35,322 nucleotides of DNA from Tubiluchus corallicola (GCA_030141605.1 JAQGDQ010001546.1:1-35322); one strand, 5' to 3'; shown: positions 21,077 to 32,321, counted from the stretch's first letter. Numbers and translations are program-made. Notes: a model not told the origin generated them from the sequence alone.

Positions 21077-22346
21077 AAGCCTTTTCACAGTTTCGTTGTG
21101 AATATGCGCAGTTGCTGTAGGTCAAAGGTTAAGTGTACTATAGCAACACGTCTTAACTACAAGTGTCACGTGACATGTGGGTAAAGGAAGGACCAGTTGA
21201 GTAACTTCAGTTGTTTTCGTGGAGATTTTAGTTAGTTATGGATTAGTCTGAGTGGACTCTTTCTTGGGTTGCGGTTCATGTTACTAGTTCCCAGGGCTCC
21301 TTGGTTGAAGTTGTATATTATTTGAAGACAATCACGTGCGCTGTAGCTCGATGAAGGTTCACTGGGAGTCAGGTTCGCCTAGAGTACGTTTCTTTCTGAC
21401 CTCTGCAAGGTCGCCTGCGTCACAGGCTTGTGTTCGGTACTGATTGGTTGCTCGCTGCACGTCATTCACTACGTCGCACCGTTGTGTAACATGTTGATTG
21501 GCTGTTCGTCTGGACAGTGAAGCAGGTTACGAGGACTGCTTGTAAAATGTTGCTGGAAGAAGAGTAATTTTCAAGGCTTAGACAGCTTTTTACTGACGAT
21601 TATTGTCTTTTCATGCAATGATCTATTGTCCAAAATTATGCCACCAGGTTCTCTGGTATCTGGCCTCCTCGTCTACTATAATACTGTTTCTCGTAACACT
21701 GGCATAACAAATAGATTTATTCGCAAATAATGATAGGATATTGAAGTGTACTACAGCCATGGTGGAAGAGCCGATAATAAACTGTTATGTACAGAAAGCC
21801 TTCACTATTTCATTCATGTTCCAAAGTCGCTTATTCTAAAGAGAATAATAAAGAGAACATTAACAAGTAAGAAAAATAACTAGAATGATAAACAGAAGCT
21901 TAATAATTAAGAAGACGTCAACTTATTGGCAAAAGTACTTTCTCAAACTTCAGAGATTGAATTCATAACTTAATTAAATTATTTAAATTCATGTAACTTA
22001 CATCGTTGGCTCTTCGTCAAGATTTAAAATTTCACAAGGTACAAATTTGGTTATAAATAAACGCTGTTATTAACTATAACACAATAACGACAAAAACATT
22101 GTTGTGAATAAAAACGCGACCATCATTGTTCTCCTCCTGTCCTTTCTTTCCTGCACTGCTTGTAGAGGGCAGCACCTTCCAATAAATAAGTGTCGTTATG
22201 CATATTGCAGTTACAATTAGCATATGTCTCCTTTCTTAATTACTATTACAATAGCAAGGCTACGAGGCGTTGTCTGGCACCTGTCACTAGGATAACGACT
22301 TAACCTTTGACCTTTTCACGATCATTTTCAATCGCTGGAACTGCGA
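21077..22346. repeat. Longer relative of the 1398-1778 repeat (shared ends, different interior)
   Basis: 16-bp IR AGGTCAAAGGTTAAGT at 21119-21134 and 22298-22313; flanking homology to 1398-1590 and 1690-1778. Confidence 0.55.
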
Positions 22347-22828
22347 AAGTGGGGTATCAGAAGTCGAAATACTGTGGCAATAGCGTGTGTAAATATATTG
22401 CAAATTAAAAACACGCATGCGCAGTAGAATCACAAAATCAGGTCTAAATTTAACAGTTGAAACTAGATATACATATATTCTACTTTCAGCATTAACTTCA
22501 CAAGCCACCTCGCCCAAAGTTGTCTTGTAAAGTCTATGACTATTTTCGGATTTCTTAACTACATGAAGTTTACATTTGAAATCTAAGAACTTGTATTATG
22601 AGCGTTGAAATTAGACTGAAAGCCAAAACGCATCTAAAAAGTGTATTGTTTTTGCTTTAATTAATTTTGATTAGTTTTTCGCACAAGGTAATTATAATTG
22701 TGCGGACGTTTCGTGTTCAGAATAAAATGAAATTGTATATCTGCTTCATTAGACGGGCAGCGAAATTGAAATGTTGCTTTACGGTAACGTTAGTTTACAA
22801 GTAAACAGTCGTCGTAAATAAAGCTTAA

Positions 22829-23376
22829 AGGAAGACAGGACGATTGTTTACACTCAATCTCATTTTCATTTACTGTCCAAAATATGCATTTTCTTGCCTA
22901 TAAAAGTTAGCAATTGTTTCTTATATTTGAATCATTTGTTTAGAAAGTTAATTAACGGTAACCGAACACAGCTATTGCTTACGTCAGAAACTAACCATAG
23001 CTTGTGCAATGACAGGCATCTTCCATTGCATGTCAAGCACATTTGCATAAGTGTTACAGTACGTTTTAAACGCGTGATATCACTAAAATGGGCTCTACGT
23101 CATATGACGTCAGAAACTAACACTGCTGTTCATGATCATGCTTATCACGGTACCGCATTCTATTTGTCGACCACGCGCATGTGCCAAAAAGGTGCCGTTG
23201 CCAATCTTAGTAGATTCACTGAGCCGCGCGTAGCTTTGAAAGTTTAACGAAATTTGAGTATCCGAGGTAATTATTATTTAATCTAAGCTTTGATTTAAAA
23301 TAAGCTATTGTAGTTTTCAATATTTTATAGCATTCTTTATTCTAAACTCGTGTTTACACAATCATCTGGTTTTCCT
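22829..23376 (+). mobile_element. Kolobok-like TTAA MITE family B, full length
   Basis: TTAA|AGGAAGACAGGACGATTG...CAATCATCTGGTTTTCC-TTAA; lies about 110 bp past the GPCR stop codon. Confidence 0.88.
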
Positions 23377-23485
23377 TAAGTGACAAGAATAAACACGACA
23401 CGTTAAGTGACTAGAGTTTTCCTTTAACAGGTGAACTAGCATGGAAAATATACTAATTACCACAAATTACTAATCACTGCAAATC

Positions 23486-24015
23486 CTAATTACACAGCAT
23501 CTGCTTGTACCCATTTCTAAAGTTTCTATTGAGAATTCCATAGATGATGGGATTACAGCAACTGTTACTGTATCCGAGCATGATGCTGATGGCTTCAAAC
23601 TGTCGAGGAGGCGAATTCCTGCCGTAGATCGACCAGAACATGAAGATCACATGCGGAAACCAGCAGGCGATGTATGCGAAGATGACCACCAGAAAAGAGA
23701 CGGCCAGACGCATCTCGTCTTTCCGTTTGTCGCTGACCAGCGGTCTGCCGGTCTGACCGGACGAGTTGGAGCTGGTGTGGATGGAACTGAGCGTCGCTGC
23801 GGTACGACGGCGACTGTTGCGGACTTCTTGGAGGATCCTGACGTAGCAGATGGACATGATGGTGATGTTGCCTCCGAACACTGTCAACACCAGAAAGTAG
23901 GTGTATGGTACATTGAGCTGCCAGAGGATGAAGCAGACATTCTGGTTTGGGAGGTATTGGTAGCCTCCAAAAAACAATGGCGGGACAGCAAATATGAGGG
24001 CAAGCAGCCAAACAC
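23486..24015 (-). CDS. Class A (rhodopsin-family) GPCR, last coding exon (TM4-TM7, helix 8); melatonin-receptor/Tre1/Moody-like orphan
   Basis: tttag acceptor at 24017-24016; VWLLAL (W4.50), ECL2 Cys, ICYVRI, ACWFP (CWxP), CCNPIIY (NPxxY), NRNFR helix 8; TAG at 23488-23486. Confidence 0.92.
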
Positions 24016-24164
24016 CTAAATTAAAATGTTTAGAAATATACAATTAGTAGTTCATAAACTATTTTGTATATTCATCTGAATTTTAATGTTTGTTAGAATA
24101 ACAGAAAAGACACAAATTAGTTTTTTGAAGGAAAATTTATGTAACGAGGAGGTTACTTGGTTAA

Positions 24165-24752
24165 ACCAAAACTGCACCCAATCTCAAAACAATCTACTCT
24201 TTAAAATGTTGAAAGGAAACAAACTATTTTTTCAAAAATGACTTACGTTAAAGAATTGTTACTACACAAACACAATTTCACATTCGCACCACTAGTTCTT
24301 CACTGTTACATGCATTTCGCCATTCGCTAGTTAGACGGGCACTAGCGCCTGCATTTCGGAAACGCATTGCACAAAAAACAGGTGCTGTGCCTCTCCGTTC
24401 AGATATGCTAGCTTGTGACGAACTACACACGTTCGACAGCTCATGTCTGAGTACAGCGGCAAATTTGACATTTGAATTTTTTGTCTCAAAACTTGCTTAG
24501 TTTTAGTACAACACACTGAATATCTTACAGTAGCACTGTACTGCAATTTTCGCTTTCGCAAACACGTGCACACGCTCGTGGAATATATCTACTGTTGAAA
24601 ATTATGTTAGTTTGTGACGTCGTCAATAGTTCGTGCCGTTAATCTATTATTTAATTATCTGAAACGCTTTTGTAGTATTAATTGTGCTAAAATGTATACT
24701 TTTTATCAGATTTAAAGATGGGGTAGTATATGAACAATCGTCCTGTGTTCCT
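24165..24752 (+). mobile_element. Kolobok-like TTAA MITE family C, near full length
   Basis: TTAA|ACCAAAACTGCACCCAATC...CAATCGTCCTGTGTTCCT|TTCA; right TIR nearly identical to the family B TIR; four copies in the window. Confidence 0.85.
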
Positions 24753-25259
24753 TTCAAGGAGCCACTGGAAGAGAAGTTACGGTTAAGCAGTAGCCAGGTT
24801 ATACGCCCCCCCTCTATAGGACAATTTAAAGGGGCACAGGAAAGGCATCATCCAAAATCACGATTTACACAATAGGCGAATTTTACTTCCTTAAAAACCT
24901 TAAAATTAAGTTTAAAAATTAAAATTAAATTAAGTTTGGAGGCTACGACCCAAAAGAACGGCTTATGCAAAACGTTCTTAGGACTGGCAATACCTCCCTC
25001 GGAAGACCTTAGTGAGACTGAGATTACTGCTGTACAAGTAATTAATATGGACAGTAAGATGTTAGTGAATGAATGCAGTCACTTTTCGTCACAGTAATAT
25101 GACTATGTGTACACGTGAGGGAGTGAGCGATAACTCGGTTTCGCTGTTTCTGAAGATGGAAAATCTCATTAGTATAATAGAATGCGCAGAGGGCAGGGAT
25201 GCTAGTCTAGTGATAATGATAAGTTTTGTTCATTGTGGTTACATATTGAAACATTGTCT

Positions 25260-25309
25260 GTCTTCCTCCTTCCCTTGGTCTCTTTCCTCCTGTCTCCTTC
25301 TTCCGCCTG

Positions 25310-25372
<63 letters not shown>

Positions 25373-25535
25373 TTCCTGTGCCTCCTCTGTCTTCCTCCCT
25401 TTCCCTCCTCTCCCCACCCTCTCTCTTTCTCATCCCTCTTTTTTCTCTTTCTCCCTTTCCCTCTCTTTCTTTCTCTTTTCATTCTTCTCACTATCTTTCT
25501 CTATCTTCTTTTCTCTCCGCTCTGTCTCTTCTCAC

Positions 25536-25594
<59 letters not shown>

Positions 25595-25707
25595 GTTTCT
25601 GTACTTCCTCCTTTTCTATCCTTTCCCCAGCCTCTCTCTTTCTCACCCCTCCCTCTTTTTTCTCTTTCTCTCTCTCTTTTCATTCTTCTCACTACCTTTC
25701 TCTCTCT

Positions 25708-25742
<35 letters not shown>

Positions 25743-25755
25743 CCTCTCTTTTCAT
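25260..25755. repeat. (CT)n microsatellites in a polypyrimidine tract
   Basis: Three (CT)n runs plus duplicated pyrimidine-rich spacers. Confidence 0.97.
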
Positions 25756-26196
25756 TCACCTTGCGTTTTGTGTACACATGTATGACTTGTGGTCCCTTTA
25801 TATGTTTAATATCACGACTGAGTGCACGGCAGCAATGCGTTGCCATGACAACGCATCGCCCCGTAGTTCAGATTGGAAGCTTGTACTTGTTAAATATACG
25901 TTGTCCATGCTTTTATTGTTAATAAAATTTTTGTCTACTAATAATCATGTATGAGCACCTACGTAACAGAGCACATATCATTAATATATAGATTCTATAT
26001 TTCAATCCTACCAAAGAGCTTAGCTCGGCACTAGTTAAACTGACCTTTCGCTAAAATTATCACAGCTTTGATGCTTACCAAAAGTGGGTAATGTGCTTTA
26101 CTCGAGAATCACAGGGACACGGTAAACACCCGTTAAAGAAACCTTTTTTCAAGGTCGATATCCACTAGTCAAGGGTAAGGACACTAGCGAATTAGT

Positions 26197-26799
26197 TAAT
26201 GTGGTGACTCAAGAAGCCTAGCATCAGAGTCAACACTCGTTAAAGTGATCTTTCACTAGTGAACTGTAGGTAATGTGGTGACTCAAGAAGCCTAGCATCA
26301 GAGTCAACACTCGTTAAAGTGATCTTTCACTAGTGAACTGTAGGTAATGTGGTGACTCAAGAAGCCTAGCATCAGAGTCAACACTCGTTAAAGTGATCTT
26401 TCACTAGTGAACTGTAGGTAATGTGGTGACTCAAGAAGCCTAGCATCAGAGTCAACACTCGTTAAAGTGATCTTTCACCAGTGAACTGTGGGTAATGTGG
26501 TGACTCAAGAAGCCTAGCATCAGAGTCAACACTCGTTAAAGTGATCTTTCACTAGTGAACTGTAGGTAATGTGGTGACTCAAGAAGCCTAGCATCAGAGT
26601 CAACACTCGTTAAAGTGATCTTTCACTAGTGAACTGTAGGTAATGTGGTGATTCAAGAAGCCTAGCATCAGAGTCAACACTCGTTAAAGTGATCTTTCAC
26701 TAGTGAACTGTGGGTAATGTGATGACTCAAGAAGCCTAGCATCAGAGTCAACACTCGTTAAAGTGGTCTTTCACTAGTGAACTGTAGGTAATGTGGTGA
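26197..26799. repeat. 74-bp minisatellite, 8 nearly identical units plus 11 bp
   Basis: TAATGTGGTGACTCAAGAAGCC...TTCACTAGTGAACTGTAGG recurs at 26197, 26271, 26345 ... 26789. Confidence 0.98.
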
Positions 26800-27074
26800 T
26801 AATAAGCCTAGAATGATAGTCATGTAAAGATCGGTATCTAGTAATTACTCTCTCTGTAAAAGTCACGTCAAACAGACGATAAGATCGGTCGTTTCCGGCA
26901 ATCCGGGGGCTTCCGTTGTTTGCTAATATTAGTTTGCCTTTCACTTCAAAGATTAATGAGTGCTGACCATGCGCTTGGGTGAACTTTGTGGACATTGGCT
27001 AGTATGTAGGACAAAGGCAAATGTAAAAGGTTTTCTATAGAATGTAAAATGTTCTGCTTTGTCTGCAACATAAT

Positions 27075-27355
27075 ATTATCATCAGGATCATCATCATCAT
27101 CATCATCACCACCATCATTGTCATCGTCATCGTCATCGTCATCATCATCATCATCATCGTCATCGTCATCGTCATCATCATCATCATCATCATCATCATC
27201 GTCGTCGTCGTCATCGTCATCGTCATCGTCGTCGTCATCGTCATCATCATCATCATCATCATCAACATCATTATCATCGTCGTCGTCGTCGTTTTCATCA
27301 TCATCATCGTCGTCGTCGTCATCATCATCATCACCACTATCATCATCATCATCAA

Positions 27356-27391
<36 letters not shown>

Positions 27392-27702
27392 TGTCATCAT
27401 CATCGTTGTCGTCGTTTTCATCATCATTATCATCATTATCATTGTCATCATCGTCGTCGTCATCATCATCATCATCATCATTATCATCACTATCATCATC
27501 ATCATCATTATCATTATTATCTTCATCATCATCATTATCATTGTCATCATCATTGTCGTCGTCGTTTTCATCATCATCATCGTCTTGTCTGCTGTCATCA
27601 TCATCGCCTTGTCTGCTGTCACCATCATCAACACTGTTATAATTAGGAACGACATTGTTAAATCTCCATCATCATCAAAGTCATCGTCATCGTCATCGTC
27701 AT
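27075..27702. repeat. (TCA/TCG)n compound trinucleotide microsatellite
   Basis: Directly visible. Confidence 0.97.
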
Positions 27703-28169
27703 TAGCATCATTCTGATATTTTCTAAAAAGACATCATTTTCAGGTATTTAATCGAATTGTATGAAATAGCAAATGTCAGACAGCTTGTTTGGCGCAGATT
27801 TCGGATCATAAGAAAATGAGGCTCTCTAAGATTTCAGCTCGTATTTATATCCCTTTCGTAGAAACAATAACGAAACGGAAATGGATACCACGTATGTCAA
27901 AAAACCTGTCTACTGGACAATAGTTTCATTATCCCGGAAGCTGAGAAAAGATGAAGAATTGGGTGAATGCACCGTAATGACTGACCCGATTTTTTTTGCA
28001 GCAACGCAATTTATGCTTTTACAAACCTGAATTCTTAACAAACTAAAGTGCCTGTGTCACAATTTGTACTAATCGGTTATAATGTATTTTTAGGTTTGCA
28101 AATGAAAACAAAACTGCGTCATTTCTCATAAATTCAGTGAACAAAAATAAACCGTTTCACACTTCATCA

Positions 28170-28823
28170 GTAGTATGGATTTCTCTTTCTATACGTTTAA
28201 AATGGAAGAGTAGTATGCATTTCTCTTTCCATACGTTTAAAATGGAAGAGTAGTACATATTTCTCTTTCTATACGTTTAAAATGGAAGAGTAGTATAGAT
28301 TTCTCTTTCGATACGTTTAAAATGGAAGAGTAGTATAGATTTCTCTTTCTATACGTTTAAAATGGAAGAGTAGTATGGATTTCTCTTTCCATACGTTTAA
28401 AATGGAAGAGTAGTATAGATTTCTCTTTCGATACGTTTAAAATGGAAGAGTAGTACATATTTCTCTTTCTATACGTTTAAAATGGAAGAGTAGTACATAT
28501 TTCTCTTTCTATACGTTTAAAATGGAATAGTAGTATAGATTTCTCTTTCGATACGTTTAAAATGGAAGAGTAGTATAGATTTCTCTTTCTATACGTTTAA
28601 AATGGAAGAGTAGTATTGATTTCTCTTTCCATACGTTTAAAATGGAAGAGTAGTACATATTTCTCTTTCTATACGTTTAAAATGGAAGAGTAGTATAGAT
28701 TTCTCTTTCGATACGTTTAAAATGGAAGAGTAGTATAGATTTCTCTTTCGATACGTTTAAAATGGAAGAGTAGTATGGATTTCTCTTTCCATACGTTTAA
28801 AATGGAAGAGTAGTATAGATTTC
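28170..28823. repeat. 40-bp minisatellite, about 16 units (GTAGTATAGATTTCTCTTTCTATACGTTTAAAATGGAAGA)
   Basis: Strict 40-bp period; variation almost confined to two sites. Confidence 0.98.
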
Positions 28824-29134
28824 ACTGCCTGTTTTTGGATAAGTTCCAAGAAATTATTTTCTTTCAATTCTCTCTGAACCGTGTCACTTTCTTGAGATGA
28901 TGAAATTGCGTAATGGAAGGCTACTAATGCATTATGGGATACGCTAGCACGTTCACCATCATTCTTTAGTTGCTGTTTTGAACAACAGAATTAAACGAAG
29001 AAGTGAAAAATACTAAGGAACGACGTCAGCCGTGACATCTACGTGGCGACAGAAACAACATGGAGTACGTAGGAATTGCAGGCACTGTAAAAAACACACG
29101 TAACAGCAACAGCAGCACAACTAACAGCATTGCC

Positions 29135-29164
29135 ATTATCGCCACCATCATCATCATCATGATC

Positions 29165-29196
<32 letters not shown>

Positions 29197-29214
29197 TATC
29201 ACCATCACTATCAC

Positions 29215-29250
<36 letters not shown>

Positions 29251-29495
29251 CACCATCATCATCATTATCACCATCACCATCATCATCATCACCATCATCA
29301 TTATTGCTACCATCGTCGTCACTGTTGTCATCACCATATCATCATCACCATCATTATCAGCATCACCACCACCATCATCATCATCAACCTCACCATCATC
29401 ATCATCGTTACCATCATCATCGTCATCATCACCATCATCATTATTGCTATCGTCGTCACTGTTATCATCACCATATCATCATCGACATCATCTTA
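29135..29495. repeat. (CAT/CAC)n compound trinucleotide microsatellite
   Basis: Directly visible. Confidence 0.96.
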
Positions 29496-29963
29496 ATCAG
29501 CATCAGCGTCATGGCATACATTGCTTTTGTGTAATCGGGACTTAACAGAAATGACGGTTATTACAATCAGTCATGTGCAAACATTCCACGTAGTTTCATA
29601 TTTCCTGTACTATAACCCATGCACTACTTACAGAATTCAAAACCAATTATCAAATTCTACGGGGGAGAGAACACTTGATGACGTAACGATACCTACTGGT
29701 TTTCTAAACGAAAGATTGAAGAAATGGAACTTGAAACTACCCCGCTCTCGTTCGTCGCAGTGCAGGTATTTTTTAATAAAAGAAACACTTTCCAAGGAAT
29801 TACAAAGTTCTTTAAACGCTTCGTGCCACAAAAATGTCTTGTTGTAAATGATGCCTTGGCAAGAATTTGAAAAAGTCACGTTTTAATCATTTTCGTCAGC
29901 AAAGATAAGTCGAAACGACGTGGCGACATCTATCGTCAAGTTGCCTAACAATGCCAGTTTTAA

Positions 29964-30465
29964 AGGAAATGTGAAGTTAGGCTGATTTCAATGCCTGCGA
30001 AAAATGTTAGAAAGATTTAGTAACAAAAATGTGATAAGCGTTTCGTGTAACGATCATTTTACGTTTGGATGCTGCCATTTTGAACGCCCCATTTTCCACC
30101 AGTGACGTCATTCGTCGGATGAAGAAAAGCAGTGTACTGTCAATTTTTGTCGAAACTATTACAGGTTTTTGCAAAAAACTAGTTAGCCAATTTTGTGGCA
30201 TTTTCGCCCGACCATTAGATTAAACTGAAAAAGTTTGAATTAGTTTAAGCAGGGCGCCTACGGAAAGCCATAATGTGCTTACAAAAGCTCACGAAGACCA
30301 CCAGTTACGTCATAATTTTCAAATAAATGGCGGCTACAACCTCGCCTCTGAAAGTTTCTATTCAGCAGTAGTATAAAAATAACTTTGTTTTACAGAGAAT
30401 TTTTTGCATTTTTGGTGACAGCACTAAAATAAACACAACATGCTAAATTTTTCTTGTCTTTTCCT
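29964..30465 (+). mobile_element. Kolobok-like TTAA MITE family D, full length
   Basis: TTAA|AGGAAA...TTTCCT|TTAA; fragments of the same family at 5148 and 7145. Confidence 0.8.
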
Positions 30466-30479
30466 TTAAACATACTAAC

Positions 30480-30655
30480 CAATTGACGATTGTATAGCAT
30501 GCTTGTAGTTGTAGAAGGACTTGGCTTTGGCTGGAATGCAGATCATGGCATAACGGTTTAGGCTGATGTTGGACAAAGAGATGGCGCTGGCGAGCATGAA
30601 TGCCATGTTGGTATATCCGGTCACGTGACAAAGTAGCAGGGAGTAACTCCATTCC
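30480..30655 (-). CDS. Same GPCR, internal exon (ECL1-TM3-ICL2): EWSYSLLLCHVTGYTNMAFMLASAISLSNISLNRYAMICIPAKAKSFYNYKHAIQSSIG
   Basis: ttttacag acceptor, GTTAGT donor; W..C3.25 and NRY in place of DRY; phase-1 junction G|GT joins the 24015 exon in frame. The ORF track shows this region in the wrong frame. Confidence 0.92.
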
Positions 30656-30930
30656 CTGTAAAAACAGAAAAATAATGAAATGATTGTTAATTAGAGTAAA
30701 AAAACGCCAAAGAGTGTGTTCTTATGTGTGATTTATCTGAAAAGCCACAGTGAAGGATCAGTTGGGCACTTCCATTCGCCGTGCCGATTCTGGCTGTTCA
30801 CCTCCTAGAGGGAGGATGCACAGTATTGTACGTACATCCGAACGAGGCCAAATTGATTCCAGTTCATTAATAATGGGCCAGGTTTCAGTTGCATCAATGA
30901 ATGATAAATGAAGTGACACTTGAATCTAGT

Positions 30931-31238
30931 CGGTCACTCATCCAATTAATGTTCAGGTTTAGCAATGCTCATCTTCCGTCTCCAAGTGCAACGCAGCCCA
31001 TCTCGTCTTTCAACAATAATTTTGAGTTAAGTCGCGGTTTGTGCTAAGCAACCGAAGTTAAGCAACACCAATGCCAGACAATATATGGATAGGTGATAGT
31101 CGCTTGCTCTGTGCAGTTGTTTCCACTGTTTACTTATTGTTTCAGATTACAGGGGAAACTGAGTAGCCAAGTGTCTCAATTTGTGCTGAGCAGCTAAAAT
31201 TTAGCAACACTGATGCTGCTCAGTGAATAAATGGGTGA
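30931..31238. pseudogene. Cluster of degenerate 5S rRNA-like (A-box to C-box) fragments, possibly 5S-derived SINE remnants: 30931-30979 (-), 31051-31096 (+), 31192-31238 (+)
   Basis: ACCGAAGTTAAGCAAC...TGGATAGGTGA and, on the minus strand, ACGGAAGATGAGCA...TTGGATGAGTGACCG align without gaps to the invertebrate 5S internal control region as I recall it; the 5' part of 5S is not recognisable. Confidence 0.5.
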
Positions 31239-32321
31239 TTTCTCTCAACTGACATGCGGCCAACACTTCTCTGCATTGTTTTGCCTTAATGGATTAGCTT
31301 AAAGAATTAAAGGACAACAAAAGGGGCACCTAAAGTAGGTTTCAGAAAAATCGCCTGAAAAAATTATACTACTTTACAGCAACTTTATGCACGTGTCGTA
31401 CTCACGTTGAAAGGAATTTTCGTTTGTTTTCATTTTAAATCTTCGGCAACATTGTTCCGACGGCGCCATTACATGACGTCATATACGCACAACGCAAATT
31501 AGGGGAAGAAAAGGAAATGTTAAATTATGTCCCAAGAAACTTTTCAAGCAAATCTATGTTACTTAGCCTTTCACTTACCTGCTGGAAACACTTATGTAAC
31601 AAGATAATAATCTTGTCATGTAATAATTTAAAATGTTCGTGCCAATTGGTAAAATGTCGCTGACTCACCCGCCAGGGTGCACCACTCACTAACCAAAAAC
31701 GTATTTTTAATCTCATTGACAAAATACAGTAATTTAAAAATTTATTTAGTAACATGCTACGAATGCTCTGATTATTTTTTCAAACTTTACTCAGTGTTAT
31801 TTAAAATTGTTTAAAACGTCCTTCCATTAAAATGGCTGCGCCCAACGGTCGTTGCGGGAGTTTAAATGAACAAATTTTATACAGCATTACTGCCGACGCA
31901 AGCCCTGTATGCAAAAAGGCAGTGCGTAAGGGCTATGAAATTCCAAGACGAATTTTTTAAACTTTATGTAAGCGGGGGGGGGGGGTTCTCGTGTTTTAAA
32001 TACCGATCCTGCCTCAATAAGTTACAGTGCTGCCACATTGAGAAGCCATTGGCATTCCAGCTTGCAGTGTGGGCGAACTGTGAAAAAATCACGTGGGCGC
32101 TGCATCTTCCAAAACGCGAGTTAGGTGAAGCCATACGACAGAAGATATAATTAAAAAGCAGCGAAGCGGTTTCCATGTAATCTTATCAGCTTTTCTAGGA
32201 TTAGACCTTTGAAGATAAAACCACACAAGACACAGATCACACGCGACGTTTAACCCCGCCCACATTGATGACGTCACAAACACTCGCTGACCGTAAGTTG
32301 CCACAGCTTATAAACAATGGT

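Noticed and set aside
21440-21555. Candidate extra GPCR tail exon after a minus-strand tcttcttccag acceptor
   Set aside because: All frames close within about 30 codons, there is no homology support, it lies inside a probable repeat, and the upstream exon already ends with a complete helix 8 and stop
23486-24015. GPCR as an opsin or a biogenic-amine receptor
   Set aside because: No Lys at 7.43 (Tyr) and no Asp at 3.32 (Asn)
23595-24019. Overlapping 138-aa (-) and 122-aa (+) ORFs
   Set aside because: Alternative-frame and antisense shadows of the GC-richer GPCR exon, with no recognisable motifs
26197-28823. Regular repeat arrays as possible CRISPR arrays (also 11565-12465)
   Set aside because: Head-to-tail units with no unique spacers, no cas genes, and a eukaryotic context
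25069-29545. Poly-Ser, poly-Met, poly-Ile, poly-His and ER/LS ORFs
   Set aside because: Translations of (CT)n, (TCA)n and (CAT)n microsatellites
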